Of a stretch of 64,000 nucleotides of DNA, positions 8,540-18,418 are shown piece by piece. The notes under the pieces were generated by a model, which had not been told where the DNA came from, did not search any database, and was given only the letters and a program-made list of their open reading frames with translations. Numbering within the stretch: position 1 is the stretch's first letter; each line of letters opens with the position of its first letter. The stretch is taken from contig CAYXAU010000018.1 of the NCBI GenBank assembly GCA_964463045.1, positions 4,443 through 68,442 of the forward strand, given 5' to 3'. The DNA comes from an uncultured Candidatus Sumerlaeota bacterium. Lineage in GTDB: Bacteria > Sumerlaeota > Sumerlaeia > MVZB01 > JAJFLK01. Position numbers and translations under genes: made by a program.

Positions 8540-10654
8540 ATGAATGCCCGACCCCGATACCTCCTCTGCCCACCGGACTTTTTCCAGGTCCGCTACGTGA
8601 TCAACCCCTGGATGAGAGGCAACGTCGGGCGGGCCGACCCGGGCCGCGCGCGCCGGCAGTGGGAGGCCTGGCGGGCGGCCCTGGCCGAGTTCGCCGATCT
8701 TGAAGCCGTCCCGCCGGCCGAGGAACAGCCGGACATGCCCTTCGCGGCAAACGCCGGGCTGGTCCTTGGGGAAGTCTTCATCCCGGCCCGGATGCGCTTC
8801 CCCCAACGGCAGGGAGAAACGCCACGCTTCCGCGACTGGTTCAAGCGGCGCGGCTATCGGGTCGTCGAGCTGGAGGACGCCGGGTCCTTCGAGGGCGAAG
8901 GCGACGCGCTGTTCCAGCCGGGGGAGCCGCTCCTCTGGTGCGGCTATGGCGTGCGGAGCTCCCTCCAGGTCTATCGCCAACTGGCGGCGCTCCTTGACGT
9001 CGAGATCGCCCTCCTGAGGCTGGTGGACGAACGGTTCTACCATCTGGACACGTGCTTCTGCCCGCTCCCCGACGGCCGGGCGATGTATTACCCCGAGGCC
9101 TTCGACCAGGAATCAGTCGAAACGCTCAGGCGCCGGTTCGCGCCGGAGCGGCGGCTGGAGATCGGGGCCGAGGACGCGCTCCGCCTGGCTTGCAACGCCG
9201 TCGTCCTCGGCCGGGTGCTCCTCCTGCACGGCGCAGGGCCCGAGTTGCGCCAGAGGCTTTCGGCCTGGGGCTTGCAGACGCGGGTCTGTCCGCTCTCGGA
9301 ATTCCTCCTGGCCGGCGGTTCGGCCAAGTGTCTGGCGCTTTGTCTGTCCCATGCTCCGGCCCCTGGACGACGAACGCCGAGCGAGGCCGACTTCGGCGTT
9401 CGGGACCGCCTGGTCGAGCTGCAGGGGCCGTTGCTGGATTCCGGATTGATGAACGCGGCGCTCGATTGCGTCATCGAAGGAGGCGGCAGTTTCGAAGTCG
9501 AGCACTTCTCGGCGGGGCTCCGACGCGACCAGGATTCCTGGGCCCGGTTGCGGGTTTTTGCTCCGTCGGCGGCGCGATTGGAGACGGTCGTGGGCCGTCT
9601 TCTGCAACTAGGGGCGCGCGTCGCCGAAGAGGAACGCGACGCCCGGCTGGAGATCGTCACGCAGCCCGGAGTCGCCCCCGAGCACTTTTACTCGACGACG
9701 ATCTACCCGACGTTGGTCCGGATCGGCGGCCGCTGGGTCCGCGCGCGCCGGCAGCGGATGGACGCCCTTCTCGTGCTGGAGGAGGGCAGCGAGCCCGGGG
9801 TGAGGTGCGTCCTCCCGCGGCAGCTTCTGCCGGGCCAGAAGGTCGTCTGCGGCGTCGAAGGGATCCGGGTGCTTTCCGGGGGAACGGCGCCCCGGACGGA
9901 GGGCTTCGAGTTCATGGGGTCGGAGGTTTCGAGCGAGCGGCGCGTCGAGGCGGCCATCCGGCGGATCGCCTGGGAGATGCGACGCGTCCGGGCCCGGAAG
10001 GGAAGGATCGTGGTGGTCGCGGGGCCCGTCGTGATCCACACCGGGGGCGGGCCCTACCTGGCCCGGCTCGTTCAGCTCGGCTACGTCCAGGCCCTTCTCG
10101 GGGGGAACGCCATTGCGGCCCACGACATCGAGCAGGCGCTTTTCGGCACGTCGCTGGGGGTGGATCTGAAGCGCGGCGTCAACGTTCACGGGGGCCATCG
10201 GCACCATCTGGAGGCGATCAATCTGGTGCGCCGCTGTGGGGGGATCGTCGAAGCCGTACGGCAGGGCCATCTACGCCGAGGCGTCTTTTACGAATTGGTT
10301 CAGCGGGGCATCGCCTTCGCCCTGGCTGGTTCCATCCGAGACGACGGGCCGCTGCCGGAGACCTGGACCGACATGATCGCCGCCCAGGACGAATACGCCC
10401 GGCTCATCGAGGGGGCGGAGATGATTCTCCTGTTGGCCTCGATGCTCCACGCGATCGGCGTGGGCAACATGACGCCGGCCGGCGTCCGGCTCATCTGCGT
10501 GGACATCAACCCGGCGGTCGTGACCAAGCTGGCCGATCGGGGCTCAATGGAGACCGTCGGCGTCGTTACCGACGTGGGCCTGTTCCTCAACCTGCTGACG
10601 CGTGCCCTGGAGGGCGAAGCGGACGAAGAGGCGCCGTCGGAAGCCGAGCCCTGA
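8540..10654 (+). CDS. argZ: bifunctional arginine dihydrolase / ornithine-cyclodeaminase-like enzyme (ArgZ/AgrE family): amidinotransferase-fold N-domain + LOR/SDH-like C-domain
   Basis: 704 aa; N-domain YLLCPPDFFQVRYVINPWM, FYHLDTCFCPL, GGSAKC with Cys at residue 264; C-domain matches the LOR/SDH-like TIGR00300 region; length matches cyanobacterial ArgZ/AgrE. Confidence 0.55.
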   Translation: MNARPRYLLCPPDFFQVRYVINPWMRGNVGRADPGRARRQWEAWRAALAEFADLEAVPPAEEQPDMPFAANAGLVLGEVFIPARMRFPQRQGETPRFRDWFKRRGYRVVELEDAGSFEGEGDALFQPGEPLLWCGYGVRSSLQVYRQLAALLDVEIALLRLVDERFYHLDTCFCPLPDGRAMYYPEAFDQESVETLRRRFAPERRLEIGAEDALRLACNAVVLGRVLLLHGAGPELRQRLSAWGLQTRVCPLSEFLLAGGSAKCLALCLSHAPAPGRRTPSEADFGVRDRLVELQGPLLDSGLMNAALDCVIEGGGSFEVEHFSAGLRRDQDSWARLRVFAPSAARLETVVGRLLQLGARVAEEERDARLEIVTQPGVAPEHFYSTTIYPTLVRIGGRWVRARRQRMDALLVLEEGSEPGVRCVLPRQLLPGQKVVCGVEGIRVLSGGTAPRTEGFEFMGSEVSSERRVEAAIRRIAWEMRRVRARKGRIVVVAGPVVIHTGGGPYLARLVQLGYVQALLGGNAIAAHDIEQALFGTSLGVDLKRGVNVHGGHRHHLEAINLVRRCGGIVEAVRQGHLRRGVFYELVQRGIAFALAGSIRDDGPLPETWTDMIAAQDEYARLIEGAEMILLLASMLHAIGVGNMTPAGVRLICVDINPAVVTKLADRGSMETVGVVTDVGLFLNLLTRALEGEADEEAPSEAEP

Positions 10655-10693
10655 AGGGGGCGAGCCGGTTACTGCTGACACTACGGGGGGCTT

Positions 10694-11830
10694 TTGCCGT
10701 TTCGTTCGGCGCGGGGGCTTGATAGGATCGATCGGTCCGCCCTTCGGGGCGGCTTGAGGCCTGATTCGCCTCCGGTGAATCGCTTGAACCCATCAGCGCG
10801 AACGTCGGCGGAGGCGCCCGCCGGGGGGCGGGTGCTCTCCGGCAACCGCCCCACGGGTCCGCTGCACCTGGGGAACTACCTGGGGGCGCTTGAGAATTGG
10901 GTGCGGCTTCAGGACGCCCACGCCTGCTATTTCATGGTCGCCGACTGGCACGCGCTCACGTCCGATTACGCCGACACGAGCGGCCTGCCGCAATACACGC
11001 GCCAAATGGTGCTGGACTGGCTGGGGGCGGGGCTGGACCCGCGCCGGTCGGTTCTGTTCATCCAATCCCAGGTCAAGGAACACGCCGAACTGGCGCTCCT
11101 GCTGGGGATGTTCACGCCGGTCCCCTGGCTGGAGCGAACCCCGTCCTTCAAGGAAATCCAGCAGCAGCTCCACGAGCGGGACCTGAACACGCACGGCTTC
11201 CTCGGCTACCCCGTGCTCCAGGCCGCCGACATCCTGGCCTATAAGGCGACGATCGTCCCCGTGGGGGAGGATCAGGTGGCCCATCTGGAGCTGGCGCGCG
11301 AGATCGTGAGGCGGTTTCACCACCTCATCGGGCGGGAGGTTTTTCCAGAGCCTCAGCCCCTGCTCTCGCCGGTTCCCAAGCTCACGGGCACCGACGGGCG
11401 CAAGATGAGCAAGTCCTATAATAATTGCATTTACCTCTCGGACGGTTCGGCGCAGGTCTGGGACAAGGTCAAGGAGATGGTCACCGATCCGGCGCGCGTC
11501 CGGCGGTCCGACCCGGGGCATCCGGAGGTCTGCTCGGTTTACGCCTATCACGAGGTCTTCACGCGGCCCGAACGGGAGACGATCGCCGCCGATTGCCGCG
11601 CGGCCCGGATCGGCTGCGTGGACTGTAAGCGCAAGCTGCACGCCTCGCTGGAAGCCTTGCTGGAGCCCATCCGCGCGCGGCGCGCCCCGCTGGAAGCCCG
11701 CCCGGCCCAGGTCGATGAAATCATCGAGGAGGGCAACGCGCGGGCGCGGGCCGTGGCGGAGGAGACGCTCGGAGAAGTGCGCGCGGCCCTTCATCTCCCG
11801 TCGGCCGCTCCCCTTTCGGCGCGGGACTGA
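10694..11830 (+). CDS. trpS: tryptophan--tRNA ligase
   Basis: GPLHLGNYLGAL (HIGH-like) and KMSKS motifs; true start probably downstream (GTG ~10775 or later), N-terminal 30-40 aa of ORF likely not translated. Confidence 0.85.
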   Translation: MPFRSARGLDRIDRSALRGGLRPDSPPVNRLNPSARTSAEAPAGGRVLSGNRPTGPLHLGNYLGALENWVRLQDAHACYFMVADWHALTSDYADTSGLPQYTRQMVLDWLGAGLDPRRSVLFIQSQVKEHAELALLLGMFTPVPWLERTPSFKEIQQQLHERDLNTHGFLGYPVLQAADILAYKATIVPVGEDQVAHLELAREIVRRFHHLIGREVFPEPQPLLSPVPKLTGTDGRKMSKSYNNCIYLSDGSAQVWDKVKEMVTDPARVRRSDPGHPEVCSVYAYHEVFTRPERETIAADCRAARIGCVDCKRKLHASLEALLEPIRARRAPLEARPAQVDEIIEEGNARARAVAEETLGEVRAALHLPSAAPLSARD

Positions 11831-11841
11831 ACCTTTCGGCC

Positions 11842-12633
11842 ATGCCGGACTACAAGATCAAGCTCAACGTCTTCGAGGGGCCGCTGGATTTGTTGCTCCA
11901 CCTGGTCAAGATCAACGAGATGGACATCTCTGAAATCCCGATTGCCGAGATCACGCGGCAGTATCTGGATTACCTGCGGTTGATGGAGACGCTGGACCTT
12001 GAAGTGGCCGGGGATTTTCTTGTCATGGCCGCGACGCTCCTGAACATCAAGCTCCGGGCGCTCCTGCCGGATTCGACTGCGCCCGAGGAGGAAGCCGAGG
12101 AGGTGGAAGACATCCTCACGGCCCGGGCGCTGATGGAGAAGCTGATTCAGTATCGCCGATTCAAGGAAGCCGCCGCCGCCCTCCAGGAACGGGAAACCGT
12201 CCAGGCCCGCGTCTTCCTGCGCGAGGTCGCCCTGCCCCGGCTGGACCAGGCCGAGCGGGACGACGATATGCGGCTGGAGCTGGCGGCCTTGTTGCAGGCC
12301 TTCGGCCGCGTGGCCCGCTACGTCGCTGATCGGCCGGGCTACGTCGTCGCCGAAGAAGCTTACGCGGTCGAGGACCAGATGGCCCAGATTGCGCGGCGCA
12401 TCGAGGTCGAAAAACGGCTATCGGTCGAGGAGCTGTTCGGCCGTTGCGGCTCCAAACTCGAGATGATCGTCTGCTTGCTGGCCATCCTGGAGCTGTTCCA
12501 CGAGCGGCGGCTCCGGCTGGAACAGAGCGGCCCTTTCGCCCCGATTTACCTCTTTGAGGCCGACCCGGAGGGGGGAGCCGACCCTTCGGCCCCACCCGAG
12601 CCGGGGCCGACGGCCGCCGCGGGTGAGCCATGA
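11842..12633 (+). CDS. scpA: segregation and condensation protein A
   Basis: MPDYKIKLNVFEGPLDLLLHLVKINEMDISEIPIAEIT canonical ScpA N-terminus. Confidence 0.85.
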   Translation: MPDYKIKLNVFEGPLDLLLHLVKINEMDISEIPIAEITRQYLDYLRLMETLDLEVAGDFLVMAATLLNIKLRALLPDSTAPEEEAEEVEDILTARALMEKLIQYRRFKEAAAALQERETVQARVFLREVALPRLDQAERDDDMRLELAALLQAFGRVARYVADRPGYVVAEEAYAVEDQMAQIARRIEVEKRLSVEELFGRCGSKLEMIVCLLAILELFHERRLRLEQSGPFAPIYLFEADPEGGADPSAPPEPGPTAAAGEP

Positions 12634-13358
12634 AAGCTCAGCGAGGCTTTCTCGGCCGCGGTCGTCCTGGCCGGTCGGCGAGCCCTGGCGAGCCGATCGC
12701 CGAGGAGGAGCCCTGGCCGGAGACCGTGGCCGAGGATGAAGGGACCGAGGAAGAGGACCTGGAGCCGGCCGGTCAAGGGGCGTGGCTCACGCTTCTGGCG
12801 GTGACGCTCAGCCTGGGGATCATCGGGTGGGGGGTGTGGACGTTACGCGAGGTCGTTCGCCGCGGGTACCTGGATCAGTTGCGCTATGATTTCCGGGACG
12901 TGAGTCTGTTGCCCGAGGCGCGCCTCTCGGCGCTGGTGACGGCTCATTCGGTGAGGATTTTCTTTACGCACGACGGCCGAACGCTGACCCCCTCCGTCCG
13001 GCGCCTGCGCCGCGAGGTCTCCGGCCCGGAGAAGGCGCGCCTGATCCTGGAAGAACTTTTCGCCCCGCCCCGGTCGGCGGTTTTTCGTTCGGCGTTGCCG
13101 CCGGGGACGCGCTCGCGCGGCTTCTATCAGATCGGGCGGATCGCCTACCTCGACCTGAGCGAGGAGTTTCTCAGCCCGCCGGAGCCGACGCCGGAGGGGG
13201 AACGGCTGGCCGTCTATGCGCTCGTCAACAGCATCGTGCTGAACGATCCCGGCCTGGACGGTCTGCAACTGATGGTTAACGGCTATCCGATCGAGACGGC
13301 CTGGGGATGGTTGGATTGCTCCTCGCCGCTCGCTCCCAATCTCTCGATCGTTCAGTAG
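12630..13358 (+). CDS. GerMN domain-containing membrane-anchored protein
   Basis: ATGA overlap with scpA; N-terminal TM; VRIFF...ILEELFAPP...SALPPGTR...IAYLDLSEEF...VYALVNSIVLN fits GerMN; not ScpB-like. Confidence 0.55.
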   Translation: MKAQRGFLGRGRPGRSASPGEPIAEEEPWPETVAEDEGTEEEDLEPAGQGAWLTLLAVTLSLGIIGWGVWTLREVVRRGYLDQLRYDFRDVSLLPEARLSALVTAHSVRIFFTHDGRTLTPSVRRLRREVSGPEKARLILEELFAPPRSAVFRSALPPGTRSRGFYQIGRIAYLDLSEEFLSPPEPTPEGERLAVYALVNSIVLNDPGLDGLQLMVNGYPIETAWGWLDCSSPLAPNLSIVQ

Positions 13359-13447
13359 CGACGGGCCGGGCGGGGCCGACGCCTGGCGCTCGATGGACGC
13401 CTCGCGGGCGGGCGAGATACAATCCCGAGGTCAACGGTGAGCCGCCG

Positions 13448-13864
13448 ATGGAGATGGAGAGCCTGCCGGGCCGCCGAGAAGAGCTGCTGCGCGAACTGGA
13501 CGCGCGGATGCGGCTGCGGGACGTCCGCCTGTCCCAGCGCCTCAAGGAGAGCCTCGCCCCGCGATGGTGGGAAACCGGGGTGATTCTGCTCCTGTTCGCC
13601 TCGGCGCTCGGGCTCCTGGCCTCGCTCTTTCAGCACTATCAATGGCGGGCGGCCCCTCCGGATCGTTGGCTCCTCTTCTGGTTCGCATTGATGATCCTGA
13701 GCGCGGTGTTGAGCTTCGAGTTCCTGCTGGTCAAGGTCTATCACTTGCGTCGCTCCAACGATCTCTTGCTGCGGATGATGGAGGAGGCGCGCCGGCGCCA
13801 GGACCGCCTGGAGGAACGCCTTAAGAAGCTTTCAGCCGAGCCCCGCCCGCCGGAAACCGATTAA
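13448..13864 (+). CDS. hypothetical membrane protein with coiled-coil ends
   Basis: internal ATG start at 13448; two central TM helices flanked by charged helical segments. Confidence 0.4.
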   Translation: MEMESLPGRREELLRELDARMRLRDVRLSQRLKESLAPRWWETGVILLLFASALGLLASLFQHYQWRAAPPDRWLLFWFALMILSAVLSFEFLLVKVYHLRRSNDLLLRMMEEARRRQDRLEERLKKLSAEPRPPETD

Positions 13865-14493
13865 GCCTCGGCCGGGTGCGTGGCCGAGCCCCCCCCCAGC
13901 CTTCGGCGACCCTCCAAGGCCAACTTGAGCGTCCCCGGATCGGCGTAACCGAGGGCGGCTCCCAACGGGAGGCCGACGCCGATGCGGGTCACCTGCGTCC
14001 GGGAGCCCGCCAGCGCCTGAGCCAGGTAGAGGGCCGTGGCGTCGCCCTCGACGGTCGGCGGCGTGGCGATAATGATTTCGCGGATGTCTTCATCAGCCAC
14101 GCGGGCGACCACGGCCTCCAGCCGGAGGTCCTCCGGCCCGATCCCTTTCAGCGGGGCGAGCAACCCGCCGAGCACGTGGTAACGGCCGCGAAAAGCCCCC
14201 GCTTGCTCGAAGGCGTAAAGATCGGCGGGCGTCTCAACGACGCAGAGGAACCCGGGGTCCCGGCGTTCGTCCGCGCAGACCGCGCATAAGGCCCCCTCAG
14301 CCCAGAAACCGCACCGACGGCAGGGCTGGACGCGCTCGCGCAGGCGAGCGATGGCGTCGCCCAAGGCCGTGGCCCGTTCGGGCGGGACGATTAACAGATG
14401 CGTCAGGATGCGTTCGGCGCTGCGGCGGCCGATCCCCGGCAGCCGCGTCAGCTCCTCCATCAGGTCTTGGACGGGCGCGGGCAGGAGCGTCAT
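13861..14493 (-). CDS. recR: recombination protein RecR
   Basis: helix-hairpin-helix LTRLPGIGRRSAERI, C4 zinc finger CRRCGFWAEGALCAVC, Toprim domain. Confidence 0.9.
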   Translation of the reverse strand: MTLLPAPVQDLMEELTRLPGIGRRSAERILTHLLIVPPERATALGDAIARLRERVQPCRRCGFWAEGALCAVCADERRDPGFLCVVETPADLYAFEQAGAFRGRYHVLGGLLAPLKGIGPEDLRLEAVVARVADEDIREIIIATPPTVEGDATALYLAQALAGSRTQVTRIGVGLPLGAALGYADPGTLKLALEGRRRLGGGSATHPAEA

Positions 14494-14496
14494 GGA

Positions 14497-14811
14497 TCAG
14501 ATGAAGGGGAACTGGGGCAATTTATGGCCCGTGAGGCGGCTGAGGGTTTCCTGTTGGAGGGTCTTGGCCTTTTCGATCGCCTGATTGGCCGCGGCCTTGA
14601 ACAGGTCCTCGAGCATGGCGACGTCGTCCGGGTCGACCGCCTCCGGCGCGATTTTGACCCCGTCAATCCCCAGATTGCCGTTGGCGACGACCTTGAGGGC
14701 GCCGCCGCCGGCCACGCCCTCGACCTGCGCCTGGGCCAATTCTTCCTGCGCGCGGGCCATGCCGTCCTGGAGCTCACGGCTCAGACGTTGGTACTTTTTC
14801 ATGTCCAGCAT
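14497..14811 (-). CDS. ybaB: nucleoid-associated protein YbaB/EbfC
   Basis: ~105 aa, MKKYQRL...GGALKVVANGNLGIDGVKI typical YbaB; sits directly upstream of recR as in many bacteria. Confidence 0.85.
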   Translation of the reverse strand: MLDMKKYQRLSRELQDGMARAQEELAQAQVEGVAGGGALKVVANGNLGIDGVKIAPEAVDPDDVAMLEDLFKAAANQAIEKAKTLQQETLSRLTGHKLPQFPFI

Positions 14812-14962
14812 CGCCGGCCATCCTTTCCTGGGATCTCGCTGCGACCGACCCATCCTAGAAAAGAATCGAGATCAGAGAAAAGAGGTTTCCACGATCGGCC
14901 CGTCGCGGGCCTCGGACGAAGGGCGCACCGCCCGGCCCACACGTCGTCTCGCCTCGGCGGTC

Positions 14963-16543
14963 TCACGGGCCAAGCGAGAACAAGTGAATCGATCCGCCGA
15001 AGTCGAGGCCGGCAAGCGCCCGCCAGTTGGAGGGGGGCTGCCGCTCGCCGAAGTAAATTTCGCGCCAGCGGGGTTCGATCTCGCCGTCGGAGGCGGTGGC
15101 CGGCGTGAGCAGCAGGTGGGTGGCGCCGGCCCGTTCTCGAAGGGCTTCGACTTCATCAACGCGCAGCGGCAACCAAACGGCGGTTCGATCCCCGAACCAG
15201 GCCACGGCCCACGGAACATCGGCGAGGATGACGGCTTCGGCCGGCGTGGATTGCTCAAGCAGGCTCCCCAGCACGCGGCCAAAACTCGGCTCGCGGGGAC
15301 GCTCCAGTAACTGGGCCAGGCGGAAGACGCCCGGCAGGGTGAGCGCGAGCAGGACGAAGCCCAGGCCCAGGCGGGAGCCGCGCGCCCGCAGCCCGTCCGT
15401 CCCGCACATGTCGCAACAGGCGATCAACGTCAAGACAAGGGCGAGCGGAGCCAGCGGCGTGAAGAACCGCGGGCCCTCGAACTCCCCGACCGCGAACAGG
15501 CCGATCCAGACCGCGCCGGAAACCGTCAGCAGAATCCACAGAGCCCGGACGGGAGCGGGCATTGACGGCCACCGCGCCGCTCCGTAGAAGAGCGAGGCGC
15601 CGGCGGCCAGCGGCGAGGCTCCCATCGCGGCGGCGCTGAGATTCTTCTCCAGGCCGCGCCAAGCCTTCAGCAGGAACTCGTCGAGCCGGCCCTCGAACAC
15701 CCAGGCCCAAGTCGGCGGAGAGGCCGGCGGCAGAAACATCCGCCGTTCGATCCCGTGCGGCGGCAGGCCGCCCAGCTCATTGAAGACGATCGCGCCGTTG
15801 GGCCCCAGGAAACTCAAGTCGCCGACGGCGGAGTGATTCCGCAAGGCGAGCCATCCCAACGGGGGGGCCGCGCCGATCAGAACCGCCAGCAGCCGCCGCC
15901 AGCGCACCCCCTCCCCCGCGGGCCAAGCCGCCGCGAGGATCGAAGCGATCAACGTGAATCCGTTCAGACGGATGAGTTGGCTCGAGCCGGCAAGAAACCC
16001 CGCCAACATCCATCGGCCGGGGAAAGGGTCGGCCGTCAGCGCCAGCGCGATCACTAAAAGCGCCGCGGTGAAGAGCGGTTCCGAGAGCCCGGCCGTTCCG
16101 TAGAGCAAGAGGCCCGGATCAAACAACACGAGGAAGGAAGCGATGAAGGCGACTTGGGGAGCCGACGCCGCTCCGCCGGGAAGGGGAACCCCCGCCCGAC
16201 CCAGCCGAAGAACCAGAAGGAAGACGAGGCCGCCGCAAAGCCAGAAGAAGAACGCCCCGGCCGCGCGCGCGGCTCGATCCGATGGGCCGAACCCTTTGAA
16301 GACCAGCGCCTGGCCCCACGGGAAGCCGGGAGCGCGGCGCACCGCGGGAGCGGGCGCCTCGGCGGAGAACGAAAGCTGATACGGCCAGACCGCGCGGTCC
16401 AGCAGCCCGTCGCCGCGCGCCAGGCCCCGCGCCATGTCGGCATATTCCATCGCGTCGGGAAAGATCAGATCGCCCGGCCCCAAAACCACCGGAAGCCCGG
16501 CGACGAGCGCCCCCAGGACCGCCAAGGCGACGGCGGCTCGGAC
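14963..16543 (-). CDS. GT-C fold membrane glycosyltransferase (ArnT/PMT-like, GT39/GT83)
   Basis: ~11 TM helices; first-loop motif PDAMEYADMARGLA resembles ArnT DEtRYAEISREML; ORF 5' extension to 16987 is Arg-rich, overlaps next gene in-strand and is probably not translated. Confidence 0.45.
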   Translation of the reverse strand, partial: VRAAVALAVLGALVAGLPVVLGPGDLIFPDAMEYADMARGLARGDGLLDRAVWPYQLSFSAEAPAPAVRRAPGFPWGQALVFKGFGPSDRAARAAGAFFFWLCGGLVFLLVLRLGRAGVPLPGGAASAPQVAFIASFLVLFDPGLLLYGTAGLSEPLFTAALLVIALALTADPFPGRWMLAGFLAGSSQLIRLNGFTLIASILAAAWPAGEGVRWRRLLAVLIGAAPPLGWLALRNHSAVGDLSFLGPNGAIVFNELGGLPPHGIERRMFLPPASPPTWAWVFEGRLDEFLLKAWRGLEKNLSAAAMGASPLAAGASLFYGAARWPSMPAPVRALWILLTVSGAVWIGLFAVGEFEGPRFFTPLAPLALVLTLIACCDMCGTDGLRARGSRLGLGFVLLALTLPGVFRLAQLLERPREPSFGRVLGSLLEQSTPAEAVILADVPWAVAWFGDRTAVWLPLRVDEVEALRERAGATHLLLTPATASDGEIEPRWREIYFGERQPPSNWRALAGLDFGGSIHLFSLGP

Positions 16544-16593
16544 GGCCGAGGGGGGCCGGCGATCCGAACCCGGGGGCGGAGCCGTGGGGGCGT

Positions 16594-17445
16594 TCAATCC
16601 AGTTCGGCCTCGCGCGGATCCAGCGCCCGCCGCAATCCCTCGCCGGCGGCCTGGAAGACGAACATCGTCAGGCAAATGGCCGAGGCGGGGAAGGCCAGCA
16701 CGTGCGGATGAGAGCGCATGGCTTTGAGCCCCTCGGCCGCGAGCGTTCCCCAGGAGGCGTGCGGGAGCGTCACGCCGAGGCCGAGGAAACTGAGGAAGCT
16801 CTCGGCGAAGATGGCCTGCGGAACCATGAACGTGGCCGTGACGACGATCACGCCCATGGCGTTCGGCAGGACGTGGCGGAGGAAAACGCCGGCGGTCCCG
16901 ACGCCGAGGACGCGGGCGGCCGCCACGAACTCCTGCGACCGAAGCTCGGCCACGCGCGCCCGAACCACCCGGGCCATGTTCAGCCAATAGACCAGGCCGA
17001 GCGCGATGAAGACGTTGGCGAGCCCTTGGCCCAGAACAACCATGAGGGCAATGACGATCAGGAGCAGGGGGATGCCGTAGAGAAAGTCGATCAGGCGCAT
17101 GAGGACCGACTCGACGGCGCCCCCGACCAAGCCGGCGAGGCCGCCGACCGTCACGCCGAGGGCGAGGCTCAACAAGGCTCCCATGAGCCCGACGGCCAGC
17201 GAGATCCGTCCGCCGTGGAAGACGCGCGTCAAGAGGTCGCGCCCCAGCTCATCCAGCCCGAACCAGTGGCCGGCCGACGGACGCTCGAAACTGCGAACGA
17301 GCCGTTGCGAGGTCTCATCATAGGGGCTGAGCCAGGGCCCCATCACCACGATGAGGCCCAGCAGGGTCAGCCCGGCCAGCGCGGTCATGGCGCCGCGGTC
17401 CCGACGCAGGCGTTCCATCCATCGGGGGCGGGAGGACGCGGCCAC
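16594..17445 (-). CDS. ABC transporter permease, DppC/OppC family
   Basis: binding-protein-dependent permease EAA-like region, 6 TM, N-terminal LSPYD motif. Confidence 0.8.
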   Translation of the reverse strand: MAASSRPRWMERLRRDRGAMTALAGLTLLGLIVVMGPWLSPYDETSQRLVRSFERPSAGHWFGLDELGRDLLTRVFHGGRISLAVGLMGALLSLALGVTVGGLAGLVGGAVESVLMRLIDFLYGIPLLLIVIALMVVLGQGLANVFIALGLVYWLNMARVVRARVAELRSQEFVAAARVLGVGTAGVFLRHVLPNAMGVIVVTATFMVPQAIFAESFLSFLGLGVTLPHASWGTLAAEGLKAMRSHPHVLAFPASAICLTMFVFQAAGEGLRRALDPREAELD

Positions 17446-17448
17446 GCC

Positions 17449-18372
17449 TCAACCTCCCCGCAGGCGAGGATCGAGCGATCGCGCCGCCAGATCGCTCAGC
17501 AGATTGAAGACGACGAGGAGGACCACGTAAACAAGCGTCACCCCCATGATCAGCGGATAATCCCGGTTGCCGATGCTCTGGACGTACATCCGGCCCAGAC
17601 CCGGGATGTTGAAGATGCGCTCGACGACGAAGGAGCCGGTCATGATCGCGGCGGCCTGAGGCCCCAGGTAAGCCAGCACCGGGCCGAGCGTGTGTCGCAG
17701 CCCATGAACGACGACCGCCCGGAGTTCCGAAAGCCCCTTGGCGCGCGCCGTCAGCATGAACTCGCTGCGCATGACCTCAAGGAGACCGGCGCGCACCAGG
17801 CGAGCCAGATAGGCCGTCGGCAAGGCCGCCAGCGATATCGCGGGCAGCAGATAGTGCGAAGGCCGACCCCAGCCCCCCGCGGGCAGCCACGGGATTCGCC
17901 ACGAGAACCAATACAGCAACAACGCCCCCAGAATGAAGGAAGGGACCGAGACCCCCGAGGCCGCGACGACGGCGAGCACTCGATCCGGCCATCGGCCGCG
18001 GCCCACGGCGGCGGCCGCGCCGAGGGCGAAGGCGGCGCCGACGGAGAGGGCCAGGGCGGCCACGCCGAGCCGGGCCGAGATCGGCAAGCCCCGGGCGATG
18101 ATTTCGCCGACGGTCCGGCCGGGGTTGTCCATGGAAAGGCCGAAATCGAGCCGCGCTGCGTCGATCAGGTAATCGACGTACTGGCGCGGCAGCGGATCAT
18201 TGAGCCGGTATTTGGCCTCCATGGCTTCCCGAACGGCCTCCGGCAGAGCCCGCTCTCGACTGAACGGCCCGCCCGGAATGACGCGCATCAGACAGAAGGT
18301 GGCCGTCGCCACGGCCCAAGCCACCAGGGCGATCCCCAGCCCGGCGCGAACGGTCGCGGCCAGCAGTCTCAT
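17449..18372 (-). CDS. ABC transporter permease, DppB/OppB family
   Basis: typical DppB architecture and motifs (LGLSMDNPGRTVGEII, EAA loop); start moved to MRLL at 18372. Confidence 0.8.
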   Translation of the reverse strand: MRLLAATVRAGLGIALVAWAVATATFCLMRVIPGGPFSRERALPEAVREAMEAKYRLNDPLPRQYVDYLIDAARLDFGLSMDNPGRTVGEIIARGLPISARLGVAALALSVGAAFALGAAAAVGRGRWPDRVLAVVAASGVSVPSFILGALLLYWFSWRIPWLPAGGWGRPSHYLLPAISLAALPTAYLARLVRAGLLEVMRSEFMLTARAKGLSELRAVVVHGLRHTLGPVLAYLGPQAAAIMTGSFVVERIFNIPGLGRMYVQSIGNRDYPLIMGVTLVYVVLLVVFNLLSDLAARSLDPRLRGG

Positions 18373-18418
18373 CGACGGGAGGAGCCGGCTGGAACCCAAC
18401 GCCGGATCATGCCGCCCC

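Noticed and set aside
9052-10722. 556 aa ORF in an alternative frame inside the ArgZ-like gene
   Set aside because: Arg/Gly/Pro-rich low-complexity product typical of off-frame reading of high-GC coding DNA; the ArgZ frame has family motifs and GC3 bias
16544-16987. 148-codon Arg-rich N-terminal extension of the glycosyltransferase ORF
   Set aside because: Overlaps the upstream same-strand permease gene in another frame and is extremely Arg/Gly/Pro-rich; first TM helix begins near 16543
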